DNA of 64,000 nt from an uncultured virus (IMG/VR IMGVR_UViG_3300034157_000062) (taxonomy: Duplodnaviria > Heunggongvirae > Uroviricota > Caudoviricetes): the IMG/VR virus record IMGVR_UViG_3300034157_000062; one strand, given 5' to 3'. The notes beneath the pieces are model-generated. The model made no database searches. It was given only the letters and a program-made list of their open reading frames with translations, and had not been told where the DNA came from. The stretch's first letter is position 1, and each line of letters begins with the position of its first letter. Below, piece after piece: positions 1-9,441 of this stretch. The position numbers and the translations under genes are program-made.

Positions 1-2
1 CG

Positions 3-2321
3 GGAACAGGTAAGTCTACTTTTATTAGAGAACATGGTTTAGATGCTCACAGCTTATCACTTGACGCTATCAGACATATTTATGCTGGTGCCGCTACTGA
101 TATGGATGGCCGTCTTGTGCTGTCTAACAATAGAGAAGATTTAGTCTTTGGTAAATTTATGGAAGCTCTTGAATTGAGACTTCAAATGGGTGGTGTTCTC
201 TTTATTGATAACCTCAACCAAGATCAAAAAGCGATTGATTCCTATATGGAACTTTTGACTAAGTTTGATTATGATTACCGTGTGGTTCAATTCCCATTGC
301 AGCCAGTAGAATTCTATTATGCTCGTAATGAACAACGTGAACCTTATAAAAGATTGCCAAAAGAAGCCATTGATAGAAACTATGTGCTATTCACGAATGC
401 TTCATTTGATGATAGTTCTAAAATCATTAGTCCAGAAGAAGCTATTAAGTTTGTCAAAGCAACACCAGAAGATTTGATAGTTGATTTGAGTGCTTACAAG
501 AAGATACATTATATTGGTGATCTTCAAGGATCTTTCTATCCATTAAAAAGATACTTTGAACTAGAAGGTGGTTTAAAAAAAGATGAATTCTACATTTTTG
601 TAGGTGATTACCTTGATCGTGGCATTGAAAATGATAAGTGCCTTCACTTTGTAAGAAAATATATGGAATATCCGAATGTCTTATTTCTTGCGGGTAACCA
701 TGAGAAGCATTTGTATAACTACAGTCATAACATCTATACACCACCCGATGAATTTATGAAGAATACTTTACCACAACTTGAAAAAGCTGGGTTTACAAAA
801 GATGACATGAAAGAGTTGTATAGAAAAATGCACTTGTTTAGTTTTGTTCAATACAATGGCAAAAAGATTATGACTACACATGCTGGATTGACTGCTGTGC
901 CTGAGTTTCCACGTCTTTTAAACTCTGATGAGTACATGCGTGGTTATGGTCCTTATAGCTATGATGTAGATGGTAAGTTTAATGAGCAGAACAAAGATAA
1001 TGAATGGCATCAAGTTCATGGTCATAGAAATCAACATAAATTAGACTTTAATAGTTATGCTAAAAGCTTTGCTTTGGAAGCTGATGTGGAATACGGTGGT
1101 AGCTTACCCGTATTGAGAGTAAGCCGTGAAGGTTTTAATGGTATCTACATTACTAACAAAGTTTTTAATAAAGAAGAAGTTCTTAAAATTGAAAAAGATT
1201 CTGGTATGTTTGGTGTTGCTGAAACCGAAAGCACAGTAGCTAATTTCTTGAACCGTAAAGTAGATGGTCATAAAACAGGTGTTGCATTGCTTCAGGATCT
1301 TAGAAGTAATCAGTTATTGGTAGAAACGGTTTCTATTTCAAATCCTCACTTGTCCACTTTTAATTTTAAAGATGATGTTGTGGGTCAGCCACTTGATGAA
1401 TCATCTGTGAAAATTCGTGGACTTGTTATTAACAATAAAACAGGAGATATTGTTGCTCGTGGTTTTGATAAGTTTTATGAGCTTGATGAAAAAGGTATTG
1501 CATCTAATACATTAGAAGCTCTTAAATCGAAAACAACGGGTTCATTAAATGTGTTTGAACAAGAAGATGGTCGTTTGGCGATGATTGGTTATGATGTTGA
1601 AAATACAGCGTTGGTATTTACCTCGAAGAATGGCATTGATACACCAGAAACAGAAGCCTTTAAAAAGATGGTATTAAGTAACCTAAAAACAAGTGAACTT
1701 GAGTTTATGAAAGTGTTTGCGAACAAACACAATGTTAACTACATTTTTGAAGTCATTGATCCAGTCAATGATCCAAAGATTATTAAAGCTGATGAACCTT
1801 CAATTGTTTTATTATCTGTTGTGAAGCGTGATGTTGTATTCTCACAATTGACATATGAAAACTTAGAAGCTTTTGCTGGTAATTTTGAAAAGCTTGATGC
1901 GAAAAAGAAATTTGTTAGTTTTAGCACGTTTGAAAGTTTTGAGAAATTTTGTAATGCATTAAGCAATGAGAGTGCATTCAAGACAAAAAGACACATGGAA
2001 GGATTTGTGGTTGAAGGAACAGGTATGTTTATGGTTAAACTGCCTTATTATCAATTTTGGAAGGCGATGAGTGATTCGGTGAGCCAGATTAACGTGGACG
2101 CTTTAAAAGGTGTTAAAACTGATCTGAACTCTTTGGTGAGTGGATTGAATATTAAATCTGATGATAAAATATTTGCTCTTGAATTTTTGGATGGTGTTAA
2201 AAAAATGTCAAAAGAAGACAGAGAACTTGATTTGGTTACATTGAGAGAAAAGTTCCTAGAGACAAGACCTGACCTTTCAGTTGTACTGAAACCAAGAAAA
2301 AACAAAAGCTCACCAACTTAA
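3..2321 (+). CDS. Pnkp-like RNA end-healing protein: P-loop kinase + metallophosphoesterase + Rnl1-like ligase domain (5' truncated by window edge)
   Basis: Frame is open from base 3 and reads GTGKST (Walker A) upstream of the ORF-track ATG at 102. Phosphoesterase motifs GDLQG, GDYLDRG, GNHE, THAG, HGH. Ligase-like ARGFDKFY, FTSK, FEVI, EGFVV, KLPYY; motif I reads EQEDG. Confidence 0.85.
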   Translation, partial: GTGKSTFIREHGLDAHSLSLDAIRHIYAGAATDMDGRLVLSNNREDLVFGKFMEALELRLQMGGVLFIDNLNQDQKAIDSYMELLTKFDYDYRVVQFPLQPVEFYYARNEQREPYKRLPKEAIDRNYVLFTNASFDDSSKIISPEEAIKFVKATPEDLIVDLSAYKKIHYIGDLQGSFYPLKRYFELEGGLKKDEFYIFVGDYLDRGIENDKCLHFVRKYMEYPNVLFLAGNHEKHLYNYSHNIYTPPDEFMKNTLPQLEKAGFTKDDMKELYRKMHLFSFVQYNGKKIMTTHAGLTAVPEFPRLLNSDEYMRGYGPYSYDVDGKFNEQNKDNEWHQVHGHRNQHKLDFNSYAKSFALEADVEYGGSLPVLRVSREGFNGIYITNKVFNKEEVLKIEKDSGMFGVAETESTVANFLNRKVDGHKTGVALLQDLRSNQLLVETVSISNPHLSTFNFKDDVVGQPLDESSVKIRGLVINNKTGDIVARGFDKFYELDEKGIASNTLEALKSKTTGSLNVFEQEDGRLAMIGYDVENTALVFTSKNGIDTPETEAFKKMVLSNLKTSELEFMKVFANKHNVNYIFEVIDPVNDPKIIKADEPSIVLLSVVKRDVVFSQLTYENLEAFAGNFEKLDAKKKFVSFSTFESFEKFCNALSNESAFKTKRHMEGFVVEGTGMFMVKLPYYQFWKAMSDSVSQINVDALKGVKTDLNSLVSGLNIKSDDKIFALEFLDGVKKMSKEDRELDLVTLREKFLETRPDLSVVLKPRKNKSSPT

Positions 2322-2338
2322 AAGGTTACAAAGAAATT

Positions 2339-2365
2339 AAATACTCCTGCGGGGGTATTTTTTTT
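2339..2365 (+). terminator. Intrinsic terminator after the Pnkp-like gene
   Basis: AAATACTCC-tgcg-GGGGTATTT followed by a T run. Confidence 0.8.
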
Positions 2366-2369
2366 GGGC

Positions 2370-2454
2370 AAAAAAAAGCTCATAAGTCGGATTGGGGGAT
2401 AACTTATGAGCCAGTACAGTGGGTATATAACATTATTATTATTATTTGGGGGAC
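2370..2454 (-). ncRNA. Candidate ~85-nt small RNA
   Basis: Bounded by a TTGACC-17-TATAAT promoter and a 10-bp stem GCTCATAAGT/ACTTATGAGC followed by T8. No SD-led ORF. Contains (AAU)5 and two UCCCCCAA motifs. Confidence 0.65.
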
Positions 2455-2458
2455 GGCC

Positions 2459-2487
2459 ATTATAGCTAAATGGTACACAAAGGTCAA
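2459..2487 (-). promoter_or_regulatory. sigma70 promoter of the candidate sRNA
   Basis: Minus strand TTGACC (2487-2482), 17-nt spacer, TATAAT (2464-2459). Confidence 0.8.
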
Positions 2488-2619
2488 GCGTATTTAAATA
2501 TATTTTTTAATGATTTTTCTTGACCATATGGTCCAGTACTAGTAAATACCTCTGGAAGCCTCTATTTATCTAAGGTTATGATTTTATATACATTTTTTTA
2601 AAAAAATGCCCTTTAAAAA

Positions 2620-2648
2620 TTGACAAAATGATAATGTAAATATATAAT
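2620..2648 (+). promoter_or_regulatory. Perfect-consensus sigma70 promoter
   Basis: TTGACA-17 nt-TATAAT, followed by AAGGAG SD and ATG at 2678. Confidence 0.85.
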
Positions 2649-2677
2649 AACAAGTATTATTCATTAAGGAGATAAAA

Positions 2678-3250
2678 ATGAAACAAGAAGTTGCTATTTG
2701 CAATAGCGTAGTAGACTTGGATGGCGTTAAACAAAAATTAGCGAAAACCATTGCAAGACTTATTGCTCATAAGAAACTAAAGCAAAGAGAAGTTGAACAG
2801 CTTTTAAATATCAAACAGCCGCGTGTCAGCGATTTAGTAAATGGTAAAGTTGAAAAATTTTCAATAGATTCTTTGTTGGAGTATCTAAACAAAATTGGCT
2901 ATGTAATTGAGGGTTACCCTGCTGATGATGTTAATTATATCGACACAATTAAAACACGTTTGGTGACTTACATCGGTGAAATTATTGTTGCTAATAAATT
3001 TAAACAACGTCAAGTCCAAGAAATTCTTGATATTAAACAACCACGAGTCAGTGATTTGGTTAATAAGAAGATTGATAAATTTTCAGTCGATTCATTGATT
3101 GAATATTTTACTAAGATTGGTTATGTTTTTGAAGTTACCGTTATGGAGTCAAGTAAAACGCCAGTGTCTATTCAATTTAAGACAGTGTGTAAAGAAATTA
3201 AAAAACCTAGAATGCCTAAAAAGCTTATCAAAGAGCATAAGGTTGCTTAA
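2678..3250 (+). CDS. Tandem-duplicated XRE-type HTH protein (HigA2-like antitoxin/regulator fold)
   Basis: Two copies of KQRxVxxLLxIKQPRVSDLVNxKxxKFSxDSLxEYxxKIGYV. Confidence 0.8.
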   Translation: MKQEVAICNSVVDLDGVKQKLAKTIARLIAHKKLKQREVEQLLNIKQPRVSDLVNGKVEKFSIDSLLEYLNKIGYVIEGYPADDVNYIDTIKTRLVTYIGEIIVANKFKQRQVQEILDIKQPRVSDLVNKKIDKFSVDSLIEYFTKIGYVFEVTVMESSKTPVSIQFKTVCKEIKKPRMPKKLIKEHKVA

Positions 3251-3268
3251 TTTAAAATTGATAGATGT

Positions 3269-3296
3269 AAAAAAAGGTCACTTAGGTGACCTTTTC
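3269..3296. terminator. Bidirectional intrinsic terminator
   Basis: A-run AAAAGGTCAC-tta-GGTGACCTTTT between convergent genes. Confidence 0.75.
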
Positions 3297-3590
3297 TTAT
3301 TCTATGTCCATTTGATTTAATCTAGCAGTTGTTACTTTTGATCCAAGTGTGAATATACCAATATAATTGAGCACTGCCCCCAACAAGAAAACTGAATCAA
3401 TCTGTTCTTTTAAAATAATAATACAAAGACAAGCATTCAATAAACTTAATAAAATGATGACAGCCATTTCAATATCATATACAGTCCCAGTGATAACTAA
3501 GTAGTTGTATCTGAAATATTTGTAACAGACAATCATGAATATGAACAATGAAACACCTGTTAAACCCAAATGTATATCTATCATAGACAC
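3297..3590 (-). CDS. Small membrane protein (about 3 TM segments)
   Basis: Hydrophobic segments; GGAG upstream of the Met at codon 3. Confidence 0.55.
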   Translation of the reverse strand: MSMIDIHLGLTGVSLFIFMIVCYKYFRYNYLVITGTVYDIEMAVIILLSLLNACLCIIILKEQIDSVFLLGAVLNYIGIFTLGSKVTTARLNQMDIE

Positions 3591-3628
3591 CTCCGAAAAA
3601 AGACAAGATCTGAATCTTGCCTTATATT

Positions 3629-4273
3629 TTAACTACATTTTAAGCAATTACACTTTGATGACTTTATTTCGTTTCTCAAATCTTCTATCTGTTTAAGCAA
3701 TATATTGTAAACGTATTCACTTTCAACATTAAGAGTCGGCACATAATAACCATGTATTCGCTCTATTTCGTAAGTGTCAGCAGAAAGCTTGATGACTTGA
3801 ATTTTAGAACGGAAATCGGTCAATAACTCTAATCCATCAGTCAATCTATAATCATTCACATAGAACACTCGTTTCATTCCGCTCTGAATAATTCTTTTTG
3901 AACATTCTATACAAGGAATATGGGTTACGAACAACGAAGCATTTTTAATACTCAGTGTGCTTTGTTCTGCTTTTGACATACCATTCGCTTCACCATGTAA
4001 GGTGATAGGATTAGTCACATCTTGTCCCGGTAATTCACAAACGTTGTCATAACCAGATGGTGTTCCATTATAACCCATTAACATTTCATTGTTAGGTGTC
4101 ACAATTAATGAACCCACTTTCAATCTAGCACAGTAGGACAAATGGCTGGCTTGGAATGCCATTGCCATGTAAGTCTTAATAAACTTTATATCGTGATGTT
4201 TACCTAATTTTTGTATTTCCGCTTCTATTTCGTCTTCATCTAATAACTGGTTAAAATCGCCATATTTTGACAT
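3629..4273 (-). CDS. dCMP deaminase (ComEB/T4 cd-like)
   Basis: SYCARLKVG, GYNGTPSG, HGEAN, PCIEC zinc-deaminase motifs. Confidence 0.92.
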   Translation of the reverse strand: MSKYGDFNQLLDEDEIEAEIQKLGKHHDIKFIKTYMAMAFQASHLSYCARLKVGSLIVTPNNEMLMGYNGTPSGYDNVCELPGQDVTNPITLHGEANGMSKAEQSTLSIKNASLFVTHIPCIECSKRIIQSGMKRVFYVNDYRLTDGLELLTDFRSKIQVIKLSADTYEIERIHGYYVPTLNVESEYVYNILLKQIEDLRNEIKSSKCNCLKCS

Positions 4274-4424
4274 TGAAAAATCCTCTTTTTATAATCTTTA
4301 ACACCAAAACAGTATCATTAATTATTGATAAATCAATAGTTATCGTCTTTTTTTATCATCTTTTTTTTTTGACTTTTGTTTTTTTAATGCTAACTTATTT
4401 CCTATTATTCAAGAGGAAGTATAA

Positions 4425-5171
4425 ATGAACAAACCGTATAAAAATATATCTGACACCAACACAGCTTTCGGCAATCTCTTTGGTTCAAGCGTTACTGGAA
4501 CAACGGTAACTAACTATGAAAAGCTTTATAACCAAGCTAAAAATCTTTATGATGAACTAGACGAATTACGTGATGATGGTTTCGCACTCCTAATCAAAAA
4601 CCCACAAGATAAAGATGGTCGTAAAGAAATGGTTGACGCCGTTGCTGACTTGCTTGTATTCCTTTATGGTCTACCACATTTCTTAAATGTTAACTATGTT
4701 GAAGCAAAAGCCAATCAACACATTGTAGAATTTTTGAGTGAAATCCCAACGCCTGAATTGTATACTACTGTTTATGATGACATAAAGAACCTAATAGATG
4801 CTGTTATTGAAAGCATTCAAGAGAAAGCAACAGCGAATGAAATGATGGAAGAAATCATTAGTTTAGACACCTACCTGATGTCCCTTGCTGCATTCTATAA
4901 GGTTGACGTAACTAAGTTGGTACAGAAAGTAACTGACAGTAATATGAGTAAATTGTGTGAAAATGATGCTGATACTGCAGCTACTTTGAAATTCTACCGT
5001 GATAAAGGTGTGGATGTTTACTCCAAAGACTCACCACTCCTTCAAGATAATGGCAAACCATTCCAAGTTGTTTACTCATCTTCTGAGCAAACGGTTGGCG
5101 GTAAAGTTTACAGAGCACATAAGTTTTTGAAGTGTGTAAACTGGTTTGAACCTGACCTCTACGATATTTAA
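4425..5171 (+). CDS. MazG-like all-alpha NTP pyrophosphohydrolase
   Basis: DELDEL, EMVDAVADLLVFLYG, VTDSNMSK motifs. Confidence 0.75.
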   Translation: MNKPYKNISDTNTAFGNLFGSSVTGTTVTNYEKLYNQAKNLYDELDELRDDGFALLIKNPQDKDGRKEMVDAVADLLVFLYGLPHFLNVNYVEAKANQHIVEFLSEIPTPELYTTVYDDIKNLIDAVIESIQEKATANEMMEEIISLDTYLMSLAAFYKVDVTKLVQKVTDSNMSKLCENDADTAATLKFYRDKGVDVYSKDSPLLQDNGKPFQVVYSSSEQTVGGKVYRAHKFLKCVNWFEPDLYDI

Positions 5172-5325
5172 TCTTTAAATACTAGATAAAAAAAAAGACG
5201 ATTTCACATCGTCTTTTTTATTGCTTATTTTTCCTGTTTTACTGCTTAAAAATAAATGTTTGTTTATATATTGTAATCTACTTTAAACGATCTAAAATAT
5301 AGGTAACGACTAAAAGAGAATTATT

Positions 5326-5649
5326 ATGTTTAATAAAGCGATTATATCACTCTCACTATTTATGTCATCTTCATCCGTTATGGCTGCAGTCAATAGAACC
5401 ATCGAACAAGGTGACTACATCAACCCTGATGTGTTAAAAGCCACCCTCATCACATCATTACTATTCCTGTGTGTTTTTGCTATTCTTATTTTATTAGCCA
5501 TGAAAAGTAAAACAGTCGCGGCTGCTAATATTTTTAGAGTGTCAGCAATTATTGTATTAGTCATACTTTTATCCATGAAGTATTCTACGAATTACCATAA
5601 AATGAATTATTACAGCCCTACTCCAATCGTTCAGCTTCCTACAAAATAA
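5326..5649 (+). CDS. Small membrane protein with signal peptide
   Basis: N-terminal signal ending VMA-A and two hydrophobic segments. Confidence 0.6.
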   Translation: MFNKAIISLSLFMSSSSVMAAVNRTIEQGDYINPDVLKATLITSLLFLCVFAILILLAMKSKTVAAANIFRVSAIIVLVILLSMKYSTNYHKMNYYSPTPIVQLPTK

Positions 5650-5782
5650 ACTATAAACAAATATTTTTAATACCACTTTCGAGTGGTTTTATTATTTTTA
5701 TTTATTCATTATGTTTTGATAAATCAATAAAATTGACAATATATGATGGCATTATATACTATACGTTATTATTGGAGCTATC

Positions 5783-6598
5783 ATGAATTTAAAACATGCA
5801 GACCTTTCCTTATTTGCTGGCGATATTGAACTGGTTACATTGCCGGGTGAATATTTGGATACTCTAAAGTTTCCTTATGTTTACGAAGACTTTAAAGAAA
5901 TCACAATCGTATTTGGTGACACAGGCATGAAGAATGATATTATGATTGAGTTTAAACTTTTTGAGCAATCAAAGCATATTGATTTTATTATTAATGGTAA
6001 TAATATTTGTTATGAACGCTTATTTAATTTTATTGATGAAAGTGCTGATGAGCCTATTACTACGGCTATATTTCAAAATTTTCAACTCACTGAAACCTTT
6101 ATGTTCCAGAAAGGATTTAATGCTTTTGCACGAAGAACACCTAACAAACCAGTAATTAGATGTTACAAAAATGGTGATTTAAAATATTTGAAGTTTATGC
6201 CAATTGACAATTTATATACTTATACCAATTACAGTGGTGTATCTAGATGGAATAAGCCTTATACACTTTGTTTTGATGACAGTGAACAGATTAAAAATTC
6301 GTCTTCAACTTTTTGGTTTCAGGATTATAAGCTTAATACAAAGAGCGAAATCATGAACATCAGTGAATATGTTGATCTTTTATATAACTTAACAGGTCAT
6401 ACGGTTGAGTGGAATCATTACACTTATGAATTTGAGTTTGATGATTATCAATTTACGCACTTAGATAAAATCATGTTTAATGTCTATATTTTTTTTGAAC
6501 ACTATGAAAAAAACTTAGGAAACCTATTTAAAGATAAAAATGCACTATTAAAAGCGACTGATGTAGAAAAGACTTTATTGCATATGCTAATTCTTTAA
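5783..6598 (+). CDS. Hypothetical protein, family A; C-terminal MxxL tag
   Basis: Paralog of 6650..7465 (LKHxDxS, FPYVYED, NKPV); ends HMLIL; GGAG SD. Confidence 0.75.
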   Translation: MNLKHADLSLFAGDIELVTLPGEYLDTLKFPYVYEDFKEITIVFGDTGMKNDIMIEFKLFEQSKHIDFIINGNNICYERLFNFIDESADEPITTAIFQNFQLTETFMFQKGFNAFARRTPNKPVIRCYKNGDLKYLKFMPIDNLYTYTNYSGVSRWNKPYTLCFDDSEQIKNSSSTFWFQDYKLNTKSEIMNISEYVDLLYNLTGHTVEWNHYTYEFEFDDYQFTHLDKIMFNVYIFFEHYEKNLGNLFKDKNALLKATDVEKTLLHMLIL

Positions 6599-6649
6599 AA
6601 TTTGACATTATAATCATAAGAAATTAACATGTTAACATAGGAGTTTTTT

Positions 6650-7465
6650 ATGGAATTAAAACATGTAGACATGTCATTCACTGCAGCAGGCAAAGAGATA
6701 TTAAGTGTCTCTGGTATTACTTTTGACAATACTCCATTCCCCTACGTTTACGAAGATATTGAAAAAGTAGTTATTCTCATTGATGATGACTTTGAAGAAA
6801 CCAAAGTTGTTGGATTAAATATTTACTTGTTGATTGACAATGAAACAAAACTCTTTAGATTTAATATCTTTGATAACGATTTGACAACACTCTTAAAAAC
6901 TATTGATAGCTCAGTAAAACCTCTGGTTATTGGATTCGACCCTTATTTTCAATTAATGAGTGTAAAGTTCATACCAAAAGGTATTTATGGCATGTACAAA
7001 GATAATGTAAACAAACCTGTTAGAACTATCTATGATGAATTAGGCACAATCAAATCTTTGACCTACCTTGATGTTGATCCTAATCAGTCTGACTTAAATT
7101 ATTATAATGCATCCTGTCATACGACACCTAAGTTTATTACTTATAATGAATTTGGTGAATTAGATGAAGAAAACTCTTATTTTTCAATTCATCGTAAGAA
7201 TACAACATTTATTGTAGCCAGCTATAAAGACCATATCGACTTAATATCCAAGATTACAAAAAAACAAGCTTCATTTAATTTAAGTGAACATAAGGTGATG
7301 TTTGATACTGAGTTACTTTCCAGCAATGAACTCATTTTACTTAGATTTTATTATTCTTTTGATTACTACAAGTTAAAGTTTAATCTTGAATACAAATCAA
7401 AAGAAGATATCTTTCATTTGAGTGATAATGAAATATCACTTATTTCTATGTTGTTGTTTCAATGA
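6650..7465 (+). CDS. Hypothetical protein, family A; tag with one extra residue
   Basis: Paralog of 5783..6598, same length (271 aa); ends SMLLFQ. Confidence 0.75.
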   Translation: MELKHVDMSFTAAGKEILSVSGITFDNTPFPYVYEDIEKVVILIDDDFEETKVVGLNIYLLIDNETKLFRFNIFDNDLTTLLKTIDSSVKPLVIGFDPYFQLMSVKFIPKGIYGMYKDNVNKPVRTIYDELGTIKSLTYLDVDPNQSDLNYYNASCHTTPKFITYNEFGELDEENSYFSIHRKNTTFIVASYKDHIDLISKITKKQASFNLSEHKVMFDTELLSSNELILLRFYYSFDYYKLKFNLEYKSKEDIFHLSDNEISLISMLLFQ

Positions 7466-7523
7466 AATATTTTACTTTTATTGAAAATAGGCTATTATTA
7501 TATAACAATTATAGGAGAATCTT

Positions 7524-7715
7524 ATGTCAATATCAGCAACACTTAAAAATGAAATTATAGCAATTGCAGGCGATGAAGGTTTTTGGAAATCTAGTTCAGA
7601 AGATACATTCTTGGAGGCAGGCGAATTGTTGATTAGTAAAGGTTTTTCAGAAGATGAAGTTGTTTAATTTTTATCTGAGTTGTATTATGCAACTTCCGCC
7701 TGTTATGGTGATTAA
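7524..7715 (+). pseudogene. Small ~63-codon gene interrupted by an in-frame TAA
   Basis: AGGAG-ATG; reads MSISATLKNEIIAIAGDEGFWKSSSEDTFLEAGELLISKGFSEDEVV*FLSELYYATSACYGD*; internal TAA at 7665-7667. Confidence 0.55.
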
Positions 7716-7753
7716 TTATTATTTATTATAACTAAAACCGCTTCGGCGGTTTT

Positions 7754-8548
7754 TTAGATTAGCCCCATCTCAATAACTTTAAGATAATCAAGCTTGACTT
7801 CTAGATTCATTTTATTCAGATCTGAATTATTCATATTCAAGTTTTCTATTAATAAACTATCAATATGCTCGTTCATCTTTTCAATACAGCCTTGTGTTAT
7901 ATTTAACAACTCAGACTCATGATTATGTTTGTTATCTGTATGTATATCAAGATACATGTAATATCTCTTTTTAGCAGTGAATGGAAACGCTATCAACAAT
8001 ACTGGATGTATGTCATTATTCTTAATGATGAAAACAACATCGACATTCAGTGTCTTTTCATAAATCATTTTTCCCCAAAAATCATCAAACTCCGCCATAA
8101 CATTTGAAAAAGTAATCGAACCTGCTGGTCTAAATGAACTTTTTTTGTTAATTAGTGTGCTTTTAAATTGTTCTTCTACTGAAAAGTTACCTATTGTAAA
8201 CTCTTTAATAAAACCATATTCAATACATAAATCAGTCACTTCTTTTAACACTCTATTAACAAGTTCATAGTCATAATTTTTTGAACGAAATAATTCATCA
8301 ATGACTGTATTGGTTACATAGTTAAAAGCCATTGTGCAGATGTATTCATACTGTGTATTCGGAATCATTCTATCTGGGGTTTCTTTGGTAAATACACAGG
8401 CCAGCGTACTGGTATTCCTTTGAACACTTTCATCAATGCCTACAATACGGTATTCATGATAGGTGTCTTTGGGATGTAAATACTTTTCAAATGGTGTGTT
8501 ATCAAACATTTTTTTGTACGCTGATAACAATATATCTCTATCTAACAT
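7754..8548 (-). CDS. Family B paralog; C-terminal EMxxI tag
   Basis: NYDYELV, IHP, DIH motifs; ends KLDYLKVIEMGLI. Confidence 0.8.
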   Translation of the reverse strand: MLDRDILLSAYKKMFDNTPFEKYLHPKDTYHEYRIVGIDESVQRNTSTLACVFTKETPDRMIPNTQYEYICTMAFNYVTNTVIDELFRSKNYDYELVNRVLKEVTDLCIEYGFIKEFTIGNFSVEEQFKSTLINKKSSFRPAGSITFSNVMAEFDDFWGKMIYEKTLNVDVVFIIKNNDIHPVLLIAFPFTAKKRYYMYLDIHTDNKHNHESELLNITQGCIEKMNEHIDSLLIENLNMNNSDLNKMNLEVKLDYLKVIEMGLI

Positions 8549-8564
8549 TAGGCCACCTCTTAAC

Positions 8565-9410
8565 TTAAATCATTGTCATCTCAGCGACTTTTAAATAATT
8601 CAATTTATCTTCAAAGGTCAGTGTTTCTAAAAATTTGTTTTTTAATTTTAATTCTTTACGAAGAATCATATCAATCCGCTCTTTTAATGTTTCATCAAGT
8701 TTTTCCAAGCCTTCTATTATCTTCTTTTCGTTAAACTCTTTTGCAGACGGATGAATGTCTAATGTAATCCCTTGTGTATGATTAATAGATACTGGAATTG
8801 AAACCAACGCAAATGGATGTATTTCACCATCTTTTACTACAAATTTGTAATAGACAGAAAGTCTTCTACTTTTCAGTTTACCTTTAAGAGCATTCTTCTT
8901 TGTTTTAAAGAAGTCGGTAAAGTTAATTTCGGATACTTTTATTCCAGTAGAAGTTAACTTGTTTGATTTTCCATTGGCTTGATAAGGAGCTTTAAAGAAA
9001 TTTTGTAGGCGTAAATCACCTATTGTGTCCATTGAGTCAAATAGTCCATAACCATGACCTATTTTATAAAAAGCATGGATAGCTTCATGAATAACATCAT
9101 AATTGTAATTGACGTTTTCAAAAAAAGAAGCGACCATTTTTTTATTCATATTAGCAAATTGAAATAAGCAATTGAAATCATAGTCATGATCTTTATACAT
9201 ATAATTATTGTTTTTTCCAAATCCCATCTGGATTGTTTGTTTAACATTTTCATCTTGTATTGATATGTCAGCATTTTGGATTTTATTTATGGCGATAATA
9301 GAACCAATGCTAGTCTGTCCACTTGCATCATAGAAGGATGGTTTATCAAAAAGAGTTCCATTGAATATTTTCAAGTAGGCTTCTAAACAAGTGATTTGAT
9401 CTTGATTCAT
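8565..9410 (-). CDS. Family B paralog; C-terminal EMxxI tag
   Basis: NYNYD, IHP, DIHP; ends KLNYLKVAEMTMI; start set at the GGAG-led ATG at 9410. Confidence 0.8.
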   Translation of the reverse strand: MNQDQITCLEAYLKIFNGTLFDKPSFYDASGQTSIGSIIAINKIQNADISIQDENVKQTIQMGFGKNNNYMYKDHDYDFNCLFQFANMNKKMVASFFENVNYNYDVIHEAIHAFYKIGHGYGLFDSMDTIGDLRLQNFFKAPYQANGKSNKLTSTGIKVSEINFTDFFKTKKNALKGKLKSRRLSVYYKFVVKDGEIHPFALVSIPVSINHTQGITLDIHPSAKEFNEKKIIEGLEKLDETLKERIDMILRKELKLKNKFLETLTFEDKLNYLKVAEMTMI

Positions 9411-9441
9411 TATTGACTCCATGAGTTTATCGACAATTTTA

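Noticed and set aside
2626..2644. Fur-box-like AATGATAAT in a promoter spacer
   Set aside because: Only a half-site match in a very AT-rich context.
4325..5727. TTGATAAATCAA palindromes (near 4325 and 5716) as FNR/ANR boxes
   Set aside because: The spacer is 2 nt rather than 4; AT-richness and -35 elements explain them adequately.
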